Assembly (NCBI GenBank): GCA_003164895.1
Contig: PLUL01000055.1
Span: 2,989 to 66,988 of the forward strand
DNA from: Bacteroidota bacterium
GTDB lineage: Bacteria > Bacteroidota > Bacteroidia > Palsa-948
DNA: 64,000 nt
Direction: 5' to 3'
Shown: positions 38,228-48,896 of the stretch, piece after piece
How positions within the stretch are numbered: the first letter of the stretch is position 1
Layout: every line of letters starts with the position of its first letter
Position numbers and translations under genes: made by a program
The notes under the pieces: model-generated
What the model was told of the DNA's origin: nothing
Database searches by the model: none
What the model saw: only the letters and a program-made list of their open reading frames with translations

Positions 38228-38974
38228 TTGCATCTGTTAAACGCAATGTCAGATTCCTTAGTCATCATACCAACCTACAACGAAAAGGAGAACATCGAAA
38301 AGATGATCCGGAAAGTTTTTTCTCTTTCCGTTCCGTTTCATGTTCTCATTGTGGATGACGGCTCGCCCGATGGAACTCCTGAAATTGTAAAAAATCTTCA
38401 AAAGGAATTTCCTTCCACACTTTTCATAGAGGAAAGAAAAGGAAAACAAGGATTAGGAACCGCTTACATTCACGGATTTAATTGGGCACTGAAAAAATCC
38501 TGTGAATATATTTTTGAAATGGATGCCGACTTTTCGCACAATCCGCAGGATCTGATTCGTCTGCGCGAGGCTTGTGTGAAAGGTGCCGATGTTGCGGTGG
38601 GATCGCGTTATGTGAGCGGAGGAAAAATTCAGAATTGGCCCACCGATAGAATATTGATGTCGTATTTTGCTTCTGTTTATGTGAGAGCGGTTTTGTGGGT
38701 GAACATCCGAGATACCACTGCCGGTTTCAAATGTTACCGCAGAAGAGTTTTAGAAGCAATTGATTTTGAAGAAATAAAATTTGTGGGTTACGCATTCCAG
38801 ATCGAAATGAAATATACTGCTATGCGTTTAGGATTTAAAGTGGTGGAAGTGCCGATCACTTTTACCGATCGCGTGGAAGGAGTTTCAAAGATGAGTTCAA
38901 AAATTTTCAAAGAAGCTTTCTGGGGCGTTTTACAGATGCGTACAAAAAAAATTGAAAAACGAAAAACGATATGA
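38228..38974 (+). CDS. GT2-family polyprenol-phosphate mannosyltransferase (dolichyl-phosphate mannose synthase-like).
   Basis: LVIIPTYNEKENI...VLIVDDGSPDGT...DADFSH GT-A motifs. 248 aa. Confidence 0.85.
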   Translation: MHLLNAMSDSLVIIPTYNEKENIEKMIRKVFSLSVPFHVLIVDDGSPDGTPEIVKNLQKEFPSTLFIEERKGKQGLGTAYIHGFNWALKKSCEYIFEMDADFSHNPQDLIRLREACVKGADVAVGSRYVSGGKIQNWPTDRILMSYFASVYVRAVLWVNIRDTTAGFKCYRRRVLEAIDFEEIKFVGYAFQIEMKYTAMRLGFKVVEVPITFTDRVEGVSKMSSKIFKEAFWGVLQMRTKKIEKRKTI

Positions 38975-40197
38975 AAATAGTTACAGCTCTTATTTTTTAT
39001 TTCTTACTTCTTACTTCCGTTTTTTCTCAACAGATCAGTATTCCAAATCTTCAACAGCATATTAAATTTCTTGCCAGCGATTCATTGAAAGGTCGGGGCA
39101 CCGGATCGCCTGAAGAATTGATTGCCGCAAATTATATCGCGAACAATTTCAAAAAATTAAATCTGGAGCCGAAAGGAAATAACAACAGTTATTTTTATAA
39201 TTATCAATTCAAGAAACCGAAATCTCCTCATGATACGATTGGTGGTGAAACTATTTCTGCGCGCGATGTAGTTGCGTATCTCGATAACAAGGCGGATTAC
39301 ACCGTTATCATCGGAGCGCATTTTGATCATCTTGGAATGGGAATGGATCATAATTCACTGGATGCAAATCCCGAAGGAAAAATTCACAACGGCGCCGATG
39401 ATAATGCTTCAGGAACTGCCGGAGTATTAGAACTTGCAAGATACTTTTCACAAAATAACCTCAAAGAGAAATTTAATTTTCTTTTCATTTGTTTTTCGGG
39501 TGAAGAACTCGGATTGTACGGTTCAAAAAAATTCTGCGAAAATCCAACAGTTGATTTTTCAAAAGTGAATTACATGATCAATATGGATATGATCGGGCGA
39601 CTGGCGGATTCGACAAATAAAATAATTGTCTATGGCGTTGGAACTTCTGCCGACTGGGTTCCTCTGCTGGATAAAACAAATTCCGGTTTCAAGATCAAGA
39701 AAGACAGTTCAGGAATTGGTCCAAGCGACCAAACTTCTTTCTATCTGAAAAATATTCCTGTGCTGCACTTTTTTACCGGGCAGCATTCCGATTATCACAA
39801 GCCAAGCGATGATTGGGAAAAAATAAATTTCAAAGGAGAAGAAAAGGTTTTGGAATACATCATCAAAGTGATCGAAGAAACCGAATCGCTTCCAAAAATG
39901 AAATTCCTCACGACAAAAAACACCGAAGAAGGCAAATCATCTTTCAAAGTTACACTTGGAATTATGCCCGATTACACGTTTGAAGGAAAAGGATTGCGTG
40001 TGGATGGAGTTACAAAAGGAAAACCTGCCGATGCAGCAGGTCTTTTGCAGGGAGATCTAATTATTCAATTGGGAGAAATAAAAATAAATGATATAAACGA
40101 TTACATGAAAGCACTCTCAAAATTCAATAAGGGTGAATCAACCGGTGTGATAATTTCCCGTGCCGGAAAAGAAATGAAAATGAAAGTAACTTTCTGA
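38971..40197 (+). CDS. M28-family aminopeptidase with a C-terminal PDZ domain.
   Basis: Signal peptide, zinc ligands HFDHLG...DDNASG...EE, and a C-terminal PDZ-like [29 protein letters not shown]. Confidence 0.75.
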   Translation: MKIVTALIFYFLLLTSVFSQQISIPNLQQHIKFLASDSLKGRGTGSPEELIAANYIANNFKKLNLEPKGNNNSYFYNYQFKKPKSPHDTIGGETISARDVVAYLDNKADYTVIIGAHFDHLGMGMDHNSLDANPEGKIHNGADDNASGTAGVLELARYFSQNNLKEKFNFLFICFSGEELGLYGSKKFCENPTVDFSKVNYMINMDMIGRLADSTNKIIVYGVGTSADWVPLLDKTNSGFKIKKDSSGIGPSDQTSFYLKNIPVLHFFTGQHSDYHKPSDDWEKINFKGEEKVLEYIIKVIEETESLPKMKFLTTKNTEEGKSSFKVTLGIMPDYTFEGKGLRVDGVTKGKPADAAGLLQGDLIIQLGEIKINDINDYMKALSKFNKGESTGVIISRAGKEMKMKVTF

Positions 40198-41540
40198 TGG
40201 GTAAAATTCTCATTACAAATGCAAACATTGTCAACGAAGGAAAAGTTTTTCTTGGCAGCGTTTTAATTGATGGGGAATTTATTTCGAAAATATTTATTGG
40301 CGAAGCTCAAAATGCTTTTGCTGAAAAAGTTATTGACGCTCAAGGAAAATATTTATTGCCCGGAATTATTGACGACCAGGTTCATTTCCGCGAGCCGGGA
40401 CTTACACACAAAGCAGAAATTTATACCGAAGCAAAAGCGGCGGCGGCAGGTGGCGTTACTTCTTTCATGGATATGCCCAACACTGTTCCAAACACACTCA
40501 CGCAAAAATTGTTGGAAGAAAAATATCAGCGTGCCTCAGAAGTTTCTCTGGCAAATTATTCCTTTTTTATGGGAGCTTCCAACGAAAATATTGATGAAGT
40601 GCTGAAAACTAATCCCAAAAATGTTTGCGGAATAAAAATGTTCATGGGTTCTTCTACCGGAAATATGCTGGTGGATAATCGAACAACGCTTGAAAATATT
40701 TTTTCAAAATGCAAAATGCTGATTGCCACTCACTGCGAAGACGAAGCAACCGTCCGAGAAAACATGGAAAAGTTCAAAGCCAAGTACGGAGAAAACATAC
40801 CTATTGAATGTCATCCGTTAATTCGCAGCGAAGAAGCATGTTATAAATCTTCTTCACTTGCGGTAGAATTGGCAAAAAAATATAATTCAAGATTACATAT
40901 TCTTCATATTTCCACAGCGAAAGAATTAGAGTTGTTCAACAATAAAATTCCACTGAAAGAAAAAAGAATTACTGCTGAAGTTTGCGTGCATCATCTTTGG
41001 TTTTCGGATGAGGATTACAAAACAAAAGGCAATTTCATAAAATGGAATCCTGCCATCAAAACAAAGAACGATCGCGATGCTTTGCTGAAAGGAGTTCTGG
41101 AAAATAAAATTGACGTTATCTGCACCGATCATGCTCCGCACACATTGGAAGAAAAAAAACAATCTTATTTCAAAGCTCCGTCAGGCGGACCGCTTATTCA
41201 GCATTCTTTGGTTGCAATGCTGGAGCTTATTCATGAAAAGAAAATTACTATTGAAAAAGTTGTGGAGAAAATGAGCCACGCGCTGGCAGATTGTTTTCAA
41301 ATTGAAAAGCGCGGCTACATACGCGAAGGATATTTTGCTGATTTAGTTTTAGTGGATTTGAATTCTCCTTGGACGGTTGAAAAAAATAATATTCTTTCAA
41401 AATGCGGATGGTCACCATTTGAGGGGCAAACTTTTCATTCCAATGTCTCGCATACTTTTGTGAATGGTCACCTTGTTTATGAAAATGGCAAGTTTGATGA
41501 ATCTGTGAAAGGGAAACGATTATTGTTCAACAGAAACTAA
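40197..41540 (+). CDS. pyrC: Dihydroorotase (class I, allantoinase-like).
   Basis: [38 protein letters not shown] metal-binding N-terminus, carboxylated-Lys region and ICTDHAPH. The ATG overlaps the upstream stop (TGATG). Confidence 0.85.
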   Translation: MGKILITNANIVNEGKVFLGSVLIDGEFISKIFIGEAQNAFAEKVIDAQGKYLLPGIIDDQVHFREPGLTHKAEIYTEAKAAAAGGVTSFMDMPNTVPNTLTQKLLEEKYQRASEVSLANYSFFMGASNENIDEVLKTNPKNVCGIKMFMGSSTGNMLVDNRTTLENIFSKCKMLIATHCEDEATVRENMEKFKAKYGENIPIECHPLIRSEEACYKSSSLAVELAKKYNSRLHILHISTAKELELFNNKIPLKEKRITAEVCVHHLWFSDEDYKTKGNFIKWNPAIKTKNDRDALLKGVLENKIDVICTDHAPHTLEEKKQSYFKAPSGGPLIQHSLVAMLELIHEKKITIEKVVEKMSHALADCFQIEKRGYIREGYFADLVLVDLNSPWTVEKNNILSKCGWSPFEGQTFHSNVSHTFVNGHLVYENGKFDESVKGKRLLFNRN

Positions 41541-41543
41541 ACT

Positions 41544-42413
41544 ATGCAGGCACTCGGATTTTATTTCGCTCTTCCTTTTATTTATTTTATTTCCATACTT
41601 CCATTTCCAGTTTTGTATCTGTTCTCTGATTTTATTTTCATTCTTATATATTATGTATTTGGCTACCGCAGAAAAGTGGTAACCGAAAATCTTCGCAACT
41701 CGTTTCCCGAAAAATCAGAAAAAGAAATTTCTGAATTAGAAAAAGGGTTTTACAGCTATCTCTGCGATCTGCTGTTGGAAACTTTCAAAACACTCAGCAT
41801 CAGCAAAGCATCCATGCTTAAACATTGCAGCATGAATGAAAATTCTAAAAAACTTTTTCAGAATTATGCTGACGAAAGAAAAAGTATCATTCTTGTCCTC
41901 GGACATTTGGGAAACTGGGAATGGGGCGGAAATTCGTTCAGCATTGAGTGCAAACAACAGCTTTACGTGCTTTATCATCCGCTGGAAAATAAATATTTTA
42001 ATAAATTAATTATCAAAATGCGAACGCGGTTCGGCACAAAACTGATTGCAATGAAAAATACGTTCCGCGATATGGTTGCAAACAAAAATGAGATCAACGC
42101 CACAGCATTTATTGCCGACCAAACTCCTCCGCCTGAAAATGCCTACTGGACAAAATTTTTGAATCAGGATACTCCGGTTTATCAGGGTACGGAAAAAATC
42201 GCACGCAAATTAAATTATCCTGTTGTGTTTGTAAATGTTCAGCGCATCAGTCGGAGAAAATATGAACTGATTGCCGAAACGCTTTGTGAAAATCCTTCAT
42301 CAACTTCTGATGGAGAAATCACTGAACTTCATACAAAAAAATTAGAAAAAGAAATTCATAAGAATCCAGAAACTTGGCTGTGGTCGCACAGACGATGGAA
42401 GCACAAACGCTGA
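41544..42413 (+). CDS. Lipid A biosynthesis (lauroyl/myristoyl) acyltransferase, LpxL/HtrB family.
   Basis: Hydrophobic N-terminal anchor, HxxxxD-region acyltransferase-like core and an HtrB-like pattern. 289 aa. Confidence 0.7.
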   Translation: MQALGFYFALPFIYFISILPFPVLYLFSDFIFILIYYVFGYRRKVVTENLRNSFPEKSEKEISELEKGFYSYLCDLLLETFKTLSISKASMLKHCSMNENSKKLFQNYADERKSIILVLGHLGNWEWGGNSFSIECKQQLYVLYHPLENKYFNKLIIKMRTRFGTKLIAMKNTFRDMVANKNEINATAFIADQTPPPENAYWTKFLNQDTPVYQGTEKIARKLNYPVVFVNVQRISRRKYELIAETLCENPSSTSDGEITELHTKKLEKEIHKNPETWLWSHRRWKHKR

Positions 42414-42468
42414 TTCTCATCATTTTATAATTCAAGAAAAATTTTATCTTTGTCGACATTTCATTCTT

Positions 42469-43443
42469 ATGAGAACCGGAAAAGATTTAATTCTTGCCAC
42501 AAAACCATTTGCATCTGAAATAAGATGGAAGAGTTGGTATTACACACTTTCCACCTTATTGATTTTGATCTTATGTAATGTAGGAACGTTTTTACATATC
42601 CCAATTGCTGCGAGAGTTTTTTCGAGCATCATGAGCGGTCTCGTTATTTCCAGAATGTTTGTCATCTACCATGATTATGCGCATCATTCCATTCTGTATA
42701 AATCCATTCCGGCAAAAATTATTTTTTCAATCTTTGGATTGTATATGCTGGCACCTACGAGCATCTGGAAACGTTCGCACGATTACCATCACAATAACAA
42801 TTCAAAACTTTTCAGCGCAAGCATTGGCTCTTATCCGATTTTTTCCAAACAAAAATTTTTAACTGCCAGCAAAAGTGAGCGTAGGGAATATTTGGCGGTG
42901 AGGCATCCGTTAAATATGATCTTTGGTTATTTTACGCTGTTCAGTTTTGGAATGTGTATCCTATCTTTTCTTGCAAGTCCCCGAAAGCATTACGATTCGC
43001 TCATCGCGCTTATACTTCATCTGATTTTTATTGTTGCGGTAATTTATTTTTTCGGTTGGATAACCTGGATACTTGCGATACTTATTCCTTTTTCAATTGC
43101 TTGCGGATTTGGCGCGTATCTTTTTTATGCTCAGCATAATTTTCCCGGAGTTTCTTTCAGAAATAATATAGAATGGAGTTATGATCATGCTGCGTTGGAA
43201 TCATCGAGCTACATGAAGATGAATTTTTTCTGGCAATGGGTTACAGCGAACATCGGCTTCCATCATATTCATCATTTGAATTCCAAGATTCCTTTTTATC
43301 GCTTGCCCGAAGCAATGAAAGCAGTTCCTGAACTTCAAAATCCAAAAATTACTACTCTCAATCCATCAGATATAATTAAATGTCTTCGTCTAAAAATATG
43401 GGATGCAGATAAGAATCAGATGGTTCCGCTAAGTGCAATTTAA
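42469..43443 (+). CDS. Membrane fatty-acid (acyl-lipid) desaturase.
   Basis: Three histidine boxes HDYAHHS, HDYHHNNN and HHIHHL, with 4 TM segments. Confidence 0.82.
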   Translation: MRTGKDLILATKPFASEIRWKSWYYTLSTLLILILCNVGTFLHIPIAARVFSSIMSGLVISRMFVIYHDYAHHSILYKSIPAKIIFSIFGLYMLAPTSIWKRSHDYHHNNNSKLFSASIGSYPIFSKQKFLTASKSERREYLAVRHPLNMIFGYFTLFSFGMCILSFLASPRKHYDSLIALILHLIFIVAVIYFFGWITWILAILIPFSIACGFGAYLFYAQHNFPGVSFRNNIEWSYDHAALESSSYMKMNFFWQWVTANIGFHHIHHLNSKIPFYRLPEAMKAVPELQNPKITTLNPSDIIKCLRLKIWDADKNQMVPLSAI

Positions 43444-43501
43444 AATCAGCAGACAAGTTTTTTCTTTTCGTAAATTTGCTTTTATTCCAAATCCATATTT
43501 C

Positions 43502-45397
43502 ATGAATCGAATTACATCCTTCGAGCAATATCTTTCCGAATACAAAAAAAGTGTAGAAAATCCTGAACAATTTTGGTCTAAACAAGCCGAAGAATTTGTC
43601 TGGAAAAAAAAATGGGATAAAGTTCTTGATTGGAATTTTACAGAACCGAATGTGAAATGGTTTATCGGTGGAAAATTAAATATCACCGAAAATTGTTTGG
43701 ACCGCCATCTTGCCGAACGAGGAAATCAAACCGCAATTATTTGGGAGCCGAACAATCCAAATGAAACAGGCAGAAAAATTTCTTACAAAGAATTACATTC
43801 TGAAGTTTGCCGTTTTGCAAATGTTTTGAAAAATAACGGAGCAAAAAAAGGCGACCGCATTTGTATTTACATGCCGATGGTGCCCGAACTTGCCATTGCA
43901 GTTTTGGCTTGCGCAAGAATCGGTGCCATTCATTCTGTTGTGTTCGGAGGATTTTCTTTTCAATCTCTTGCAGATAGAATTCACGATGCCGATTGCAGCA
44001 TTGTAATTACTGCCGATGGCGCTTTTCGCGGAGCAAAAGATATTCCGCTAAAATCTGTAATCGATGAAGCACTTCAAACTTGTACTTCGGTAAAAAAAGT
44101 AATTGTTCTAAAGAGAACAAATACAGAAATAAAAATGCAAAACTCAAGAGATGTTTGGTGGCAGGAAGAGATTAAAAAAGTTTCCGCTGATTTTCCTGCT
44201 GAAGAAATGGATTCGGAAGATATGTTATTTATTCTCTACACTTCCGGCTCCACCGGAAAACCAAAAGGAGTGGTTCACACAACTGCCGGATACATGGTTT
44301 ATGTTGATTACACTTTCAGAAATGTTTTTCAATATAATAAAAGAGAAGTTTTTTGGTGCACTGCCGATGTTGGTTGGATAACAGGTCACAGCTATTTGAT
44401 CTATGGTCCGCTTCTTGCCGGTGCAACCACTTTAATGTTTGAAGGCATTCCAACTTTTCCCGATGCAGGAAGATTCTGGCAAGTGATTGATAAATACAAG
44501 GTGAATATTTTTTACACCGCGCCCACGGCAATTCGCTCGCTCGAAGCAGTTGGATTGGATTTTGTTAAGCCGTATAAATTAGATTCGCTTCGTGTGCTCG
44601 GAACAGTTGGCGAACCGATCAATGAAGTGGCATGGAACTGGTACAACGAAAATATCGGAAAGGAAAAATGTCCCATCGTTGACACTTGGTGGCAAACCGA
44701 AACAGGCGGAATTATGATTTCTCCCCTGGCAGGAATTACAAAAACAAAACCGAGTTTTGCAACGCTTCCGCTTCCCGGCATTCAACCTGTTTTGCTCGAC
44801 GAAAGCGGAAAAGAACTTTTAGGAAACAATGTTGAAGGAAGATTGTGCATGAAATTTCCTTGGCCCGGAATGATTCGAACCACTTACAAAAACCATCAGC
44901 GTTGTTTCGATTCTTATTTTTCTCACTACCATGGTTATTATTTTACAGGCGATGGATGCAAGCGTGATGAAAACGGATATTATCGAATCACAGGACGAGT
45001 GGATGATGTGATAAAAGTTTCAGGTCATTTGCTCGGCACTGCCGAAATTGAAAATGCCATTAACCAACATCCTGATATTGTTGAATCGGCAGTCGTTGGA
45101 TTTCCTCACGAGATAAAAGGATGGGGCATTTATGCTTTTGCCATTGATGACCACGGCAGAAAAGATACGGATGAATTGAAAAAAGAAATTATTGCCACTG
45201 TAACTAAATTTATGGGAGCCATTGCAAAACCAGATAAAATTCAAATTGTGAAAGGACTGCCGAAAACCCGTTCTGGAAAAATCATGAGAAGAATTTTACG
45301 CAAAATTGCCGAAGGTGATTTTTCAAATCTCGGAGATATATCAACGCTGCTTGATCCGAATGTGGTGGAAGAAATTAAAACCGGAAGAATAAATTAA
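43502..45397 (+). CDS. acs: Acetyl-coenzyme A synthetase (AMP-forming).
   Basis: FWSKQAEEFVWKKKWDKVLDW N-terminus, AMP-binding motif YTSGSTGKPKGVVHT and the conserved C-terminal PKTRSGKIMRRILRKIA. I chose the ATG at 43502; the track start is a GTG that overlaps the desaturase. Confidence 0.9.
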   Translation: MNRITSFEQYLSEYKKSVENPEQFWSKQAEEFVWKKKWDKVLDWNFTEPNVKWFIGGKLNITENCLDRHLAERGNQTAIIWEPNNPNETGRKISYKELHSEVCRFANVLKNNGAKKGDRICIYMPMVPELAIAVLACARIGAIHSVVFGGFSFQSLADRIHDADCSIVITADGAFRGAKDIPLKSVIDEALQTCTSVKKVIVLKRTNTEIKMQNSRDVWWQEEIKKVSADFPAEEMDSEDMLFILYTSGSTGKPKGVVHTTAGYMVYVDYTFRNVFQYNKREVFWCTADVGWITGHSYLIYGPLLAGATTLMFEGIPTFPDAGRFWQVIDKYKVNIFYTAPTAIRSLEAVGLDFVKPYKLDSLRVLGTVGEPINEVAWNWYNENIGKEKCPIVDTWWQTETGGIMISPLAGITKTKPSFATLPLPGIQPVLLDESGKELLGNNVEGRLCMKFPWPGMIRTTYKNHQRCFDSYFSHYHGYYFTGDGCKRDENGYYRITGRVDDVIKVSGHLLGTAEIENAINQHPDIVESAVVGFPHEIKGWGIYAFAIDDHGRKDTDELKKEIIATVTKFMGAIAKPDKIQIVKGLPKTRSGKIMRRILRKIAEGDFSNLGDISTLLDPNVVEEIKTGRIN

Positions 45398-45399
45398 TT

Positions 45400-46671
45400 T
45401 TAGTAATTCCCCTTAAATAATTCAAACGCACTTTTTTCTAATGTTTCGCGATGCGAAGGATGCGCTATCTTGATTAATTCTTTTGCTCGCTTCTTCAAAT
45501 TCTGTCCGTACAAATTTGCAACTCCATATTCAGTAACAATATAATGAACATGCGATCTGGTGGTTACAACTCCGGCACCTTGTTTTAAAAACGGAACTAT
45601 TTTTGAAACGCCTTTTTTTGTTATGGAAGGCAACGCAATTATTGGTTTTCCACCTTCCGACAGCGAAGCACCTCTAATAAAATCCATTTGACCGCCTACG
45701 CCCGAATATAAATTACTTCCTATCGAATCGGCACATACTTGTCCGGTAAGATCAATTTCAATAGCACTGTTGATAGCAACTACTTTTGGATTTTTTTTGA
45801 TGATGTGCGTATCGTTGACAAAACTACTATCCATCATAACCACCAAGGGATTATCATCTATAAAATCGTAAAGTTTTCGGCTTCCCATAACAAACGAGGA
45901 AACTATTTCGCCCGCAAAATGGTTTTTGAATTTTCCCGTTATCACACCTTTTTCAACCAGCGGAATCAAACCATCAGAAAACATTTCGGTATGTATTCCC
46001 AAATCCTTGTGATTATTTAATAGTGTAAGCACCGCATTGGGAATGGCACCAATTCCCAGTTGCAATGTAGATCCATCTTCAATCAATTCAGCAATAAAGC
46101 GACCAATTTCTTTTTCTTCTGGAGTATTTATGTGGTCCGCTGTTTCCGGGATCGGCTCGTCGAATTCAACCACATGATGAATTTTACTAATATGAATTAA
46201 TCCATCTCCGAGCGTTCGCGGCATGAATTTATTGACTTGAGCTATTACTGTTTTAGCCGTTTCCAACGCAGCTAATGAAATATCTACCGAAGTGCCGAGG
46301 GAACAATATCCGTGTTTGTCGGGAGGAGAAACTGAAAGAAGTGCAACATCAAGCTGAATTGTTTTTTTTCTGAACAGCGCTGGGATTTCGCTGACAAAAA
46401 TCGGAATATAATTTGCGCGACCACTCTGAACCGCTTCTCTCAAATTCTGTCCGACAAAAAAAACATTCGGAGTAAAACTTTTTGCATACTCGCTTTTTGC
46501 ATATTCCGCTTTTCCCTCCGTATGCATGTGAAATATCTGAACATTCTTTAGTTCGTCCGCTCTTTTCACCAACGCTCGGATTAGTTCCTGAGGTGCAGCT
46601 ACAACACTATGAATAAAAATTTTGTCTTCGGATTTTACCGTTTTTAATGCTTCGTCAGATGATTGTTTCAT
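45400..46671 (-). CDS. Acetyl-CoA hydrolase/transferase family protein (CoA-transferase, e.g. succinyl-CoA:acetate or 4-hydroxybutyrate type).
   Basis: 423 aa; conserved glycine-rich segments GIGAIPNAV and SGVGGQMDF typical of the acetyl-CoA hydrolase/transferase C-terminal domain. Confidence 0.78.
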   Translation of the reverse strand: MKQSSDEALKTVKSEDKIFIHSVVAAPQELIRALVKRADELKNVQIFHMHTEGKAEYAKSEYAKSFTPNVFFVGQNLREAVQSGRANYIPIFVSEIPALFRKKTIQLDVALLSVSPPDKHGYCSLGTSVDISLAALETAKTVIAQVNKFMPRTLGDGLIHISKIHHVVEFDEPIPETADHINTPEEKEIGRFIAELIEDGSTLQLGIGAIPNAVLTLLNNHKDLGIHTEMFSDGLIPLVEKGVITGKFKNHFAGEIVSSFVMGSRKLYDFIDDNPLVVMMDSSFVNDTHIIKKNPKVVAINSAIEIDLTGQVCADSIGSNLYSGVGGQMDFIRGASLSEGGKPIIALPSITKKGVSKIVPFLKQGAGVVTTRSHVHYIVTEYGVANLYGQNLKKRAKELIKIAHPSHRETLEKSAFELFKGNY

Positions 46672-46983
46672 ATAAAATTATTGCGGACAAATTTATTAAA
46701 GAATCAGATGTACGCTTTACGGTTTCAAGAAAGAAAGAATCTGATTTTTTGGGAATGAACTAAATGAAGGGAAAGTTTGTTTTGGGGTGTCAAAAACACA
46801 TTTTAACAGTTAAAAAGTAAATTCAGTTCAATTATAGCAAAAATCAATCAAAATCGCCCAACATTGAATACTATGACACCCGTCAGGATATTAAATCCCG
46901 ATTATTTTTCGGGGATTCAAAATACTTATTATCTTCGCAACCCTTTTGTAAAAAGGTAATAAACCACAAAAGACAATCACAAC

Positions 46984-47451
46984 ATGGACACACGCAGTTA
47001 CACAACAAAAGTCAGCTTTGCCAAGGAAGAAAAATCTTGGCTTTTGGTTGACGCAGAAAATGAAGTTCTCGGACGCCTTGCATCTAAAGTTGCATATCTT
47101 CTCAGAGGAAAACACAAACCAACATTTACTCCGCATCTTGATATGGGAGATAATGTAATTGTGATAAATGCTGAGAAAGTTCGTCTTACTGGAAAAAAAA
47201 TGACAGACAAAGTTTACGTTCGTCATACCGGTTATCCAGGTGGTCAACGTTACGGAACTCCAAAAACATTTCTTCAGAGCAAACCTACATTTGTAGTTGA
47301 ACGTGCTGTAAAGAAAATGCTTCCTACTACTCGTCTTGGCGAGGCGATTTTTAAAAATCTTCATGTAGTTGTCGGCAACAAACATGAACATGAAGCGCAA
47401 CAGCCCAAGGCGGTAAACCTGAAAACTGTTTTAGAAAAAAAATCAAAATAA
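46984..47451 (+). CDS. rplM: 50S ribosomal protein L13.
   Basis: WLLVDAENEVLGRLASKVAYLLRGKHKPTFTPHLDMGDNVIVINAEKV, canonical L13. Confidence 0.95.
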   Translation: MDTRSYTTKVSFAKEEKSWLLVDAENEVLGRLASKVAYLLRGKHKPTFTPHLDMGDNVIVINAEKVRLTGKKMTDKVYVRHTGYPGGQRYGTPKTFLQSKPTFVVERAVKKMLPTTRLGEAIFKNLHVVVGNKHEHEAQQPKAVNLKTVLEKKSK

Positions 47452-47460
47452 ATTAATAAT

Positions 47461-47542
47461 GATTACACAGATGAATTTTAGATTACACAGATTACTTTAT
47501 TGCAAAGCAATCGGTGCAATCGCTTTTTCAATCGGTGTAATC
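47461..47542 (+). promoter_or_regulatory. Structured rplM-rpsI spacer: two GATTACACAGAT copies followed by two inverted AATCGGTG[C/T]AATC copies, able to form mutually exclusive hairpins.
   Basis: GATTACACAGAT at 47461-47472 and 47481-47492. Reverse-complementary ATCGGTGCAATC at 47510-47521 and ATCGGTGTAATC at 47531-47542. The spacer is 104 nt (47452-47555), unusually long for an L13-S9 junction. Confidence 0.5.
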
Positions 47543-47555
47543 TAAAAACGAAATC

Positions 47556-47942
47556 ATGGAATTAATTCAAACAGTAGGAAGACGAAAATCATCGGTTGCC
47601 CGCGTTTTGGTAAGAAAGGGAACTGGCAAAATTGTCATTAATAATAAGGAATCAAAACACTATTTCCCGACCATCGTTTTACACGCACGAGTAACGCAAC
47701 CGCTTGTAAAATTAGATTGTCTTACAAAATACGACATCAGTGTGAATGTTCATGGTGGTGGAATCACCGGACAATCCGAAGCTATCCGCCTTGGCATTGC
47801 CCGCGCCATGGTGGAGATTGACCCGGAAACCAAAAAATCATTGCGTGCTGACGGACTCATGACACGCGATTCACGCAAAGTGGAACGTAAAAAACCAGGA
47901 CAGAAAAAAGCACGTAAACGATTCCAGTTCACTAAACGTTAG
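47556..47942 (+). CDS. rpsI: 30S ribosomal protein S9.
   Basis: GRRKSSVARV...GGGITGQSEAIRLGIARAM...RDSRKVERKKPGQKKARKRFQFTKR, canonical S9. Confidence 0.95.
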   Translation: MELIQTVGRRKSSVARVLVRKGTGKIVINNKESKHYFPTIVLHARVTQPLVKLDCLTKYDISVNVHGGGITGQSEAIRLGIARAMVEIDPETKKSLRADGLMTRDSRKVERKKPGQKKARKRFQFTKR

Positions 47943-47995
47943 AATTTATTTGTATTAGAAATTAAACCTGAAACTTTTAACTTTAAACTCATATA

Positions 47996-48889
47996 ATGTC
48001 ACGCGTAACCTTTGACGAACTTCTGAATGCAGGCGCACACTACGGGCACCTCACACGCAAATGGAATCCTGCAATGGCTCCATACATCTTTGGCGATAAG
48101 AACAGCATTCACATTATTGATCTGAACAAAACATCTGCAAAACTTGAAGATGCTGCTAACGCGCTCAAGAACATTGCGAAGTCAGGAAGAAAAATTTTAT
48201 TTGTTTCCACCAAAAAACAGGTGAAGCACGTAGTTTCTGAAAAAGCAAAAACCATTAATATGCCTTACGTTACGGAACGTTGGCCCGGTGGAATGCTTAC
48301 CAACTTTGTTACCATCCGCAGGTCTATTCGCGAAATGGCAACTATTGACCGCATGCGCACCGATGGAACCATGGATTCTATGTCAAAGAAAGAACGTTTG
48401 ATGATGAGCCGCCACCGCGATAAACTACAAACACTTTTCGGAAGTATTGCTGACCTCACTCGTTTGCCAGCAGCACTTTTTGTAGTGGATGTAAACATTG
48501 AACATATTGCAGTTGCAGAGGCAAAACGTCTTAACATTCCGACATTCGCAATTGTTGATACTAACTCAGATCCTAACGTTGTTGATTTTCCTATTCCTGC
48601 AAATGACGATGCAGCAACTTCTGTTGAACTCATTGTTGGTGTAGTTACAAAAGCAATTGAAGAGGGATTGAATGAAAGAAAAAATGAGCGCGATAAAGAA
48701 GGAACAAAAGACAAAGAAAAATCTGCTGATGAAGTAGTTAGCGAAGAAGAACAATTAGAGCGCGAACAGAATTATTCCAAGAAGATGGCTCTTCTCGCAG
48801 CTGAAGAAGCAATGGCTGCATCGGCTGCAAAAGAAGCAGCGAAGAAAGCAGCCGGAATGAAATCTCCTGTTAAACCGGTTACTAAATAA
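47996..48889 (+). CDS. rpsB: 30S ribosomal protein S2.
   Basis: [35 protein letters not shown]... with a charged C-terminal extension. 297 aa. Confidence 0.95.
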   Translation: MSRVTFDELLNAGAHYGHLTRKWNPAMAPYIFGDKNSIHIIDLNKTSAKLEDAANALKNIAKSGRKILFVSTKKQVKHVVSEKAKTINMPYVTERWPGGMLTNFVTIRRSIREMATIDRMRTDGTMDSMSKKERLMMSRHRDKLQTLFGSIADLTRLPAALFVVDVNIEHIAVAEAKRLNIPTFAIVDTNSDPNVVDFPIPANDDAATSVELIVGVVTKAIEEGLNERKNERDKEGTKDKEKSADEVVSEEEQLEREQNYSKKMALLAAEEAMAASAAKEAAKKAAGMKSPVKPVTK

Positions 48890-48896
48890 TATTGAT

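Noticed and set aside
46891-47400. A 169-aa minus-strand ORF overlapping rplM.
   Set aside because: It lies antisense to a canonical L13 gene, has no motif, and its start falls in an AT-rich promoter region.
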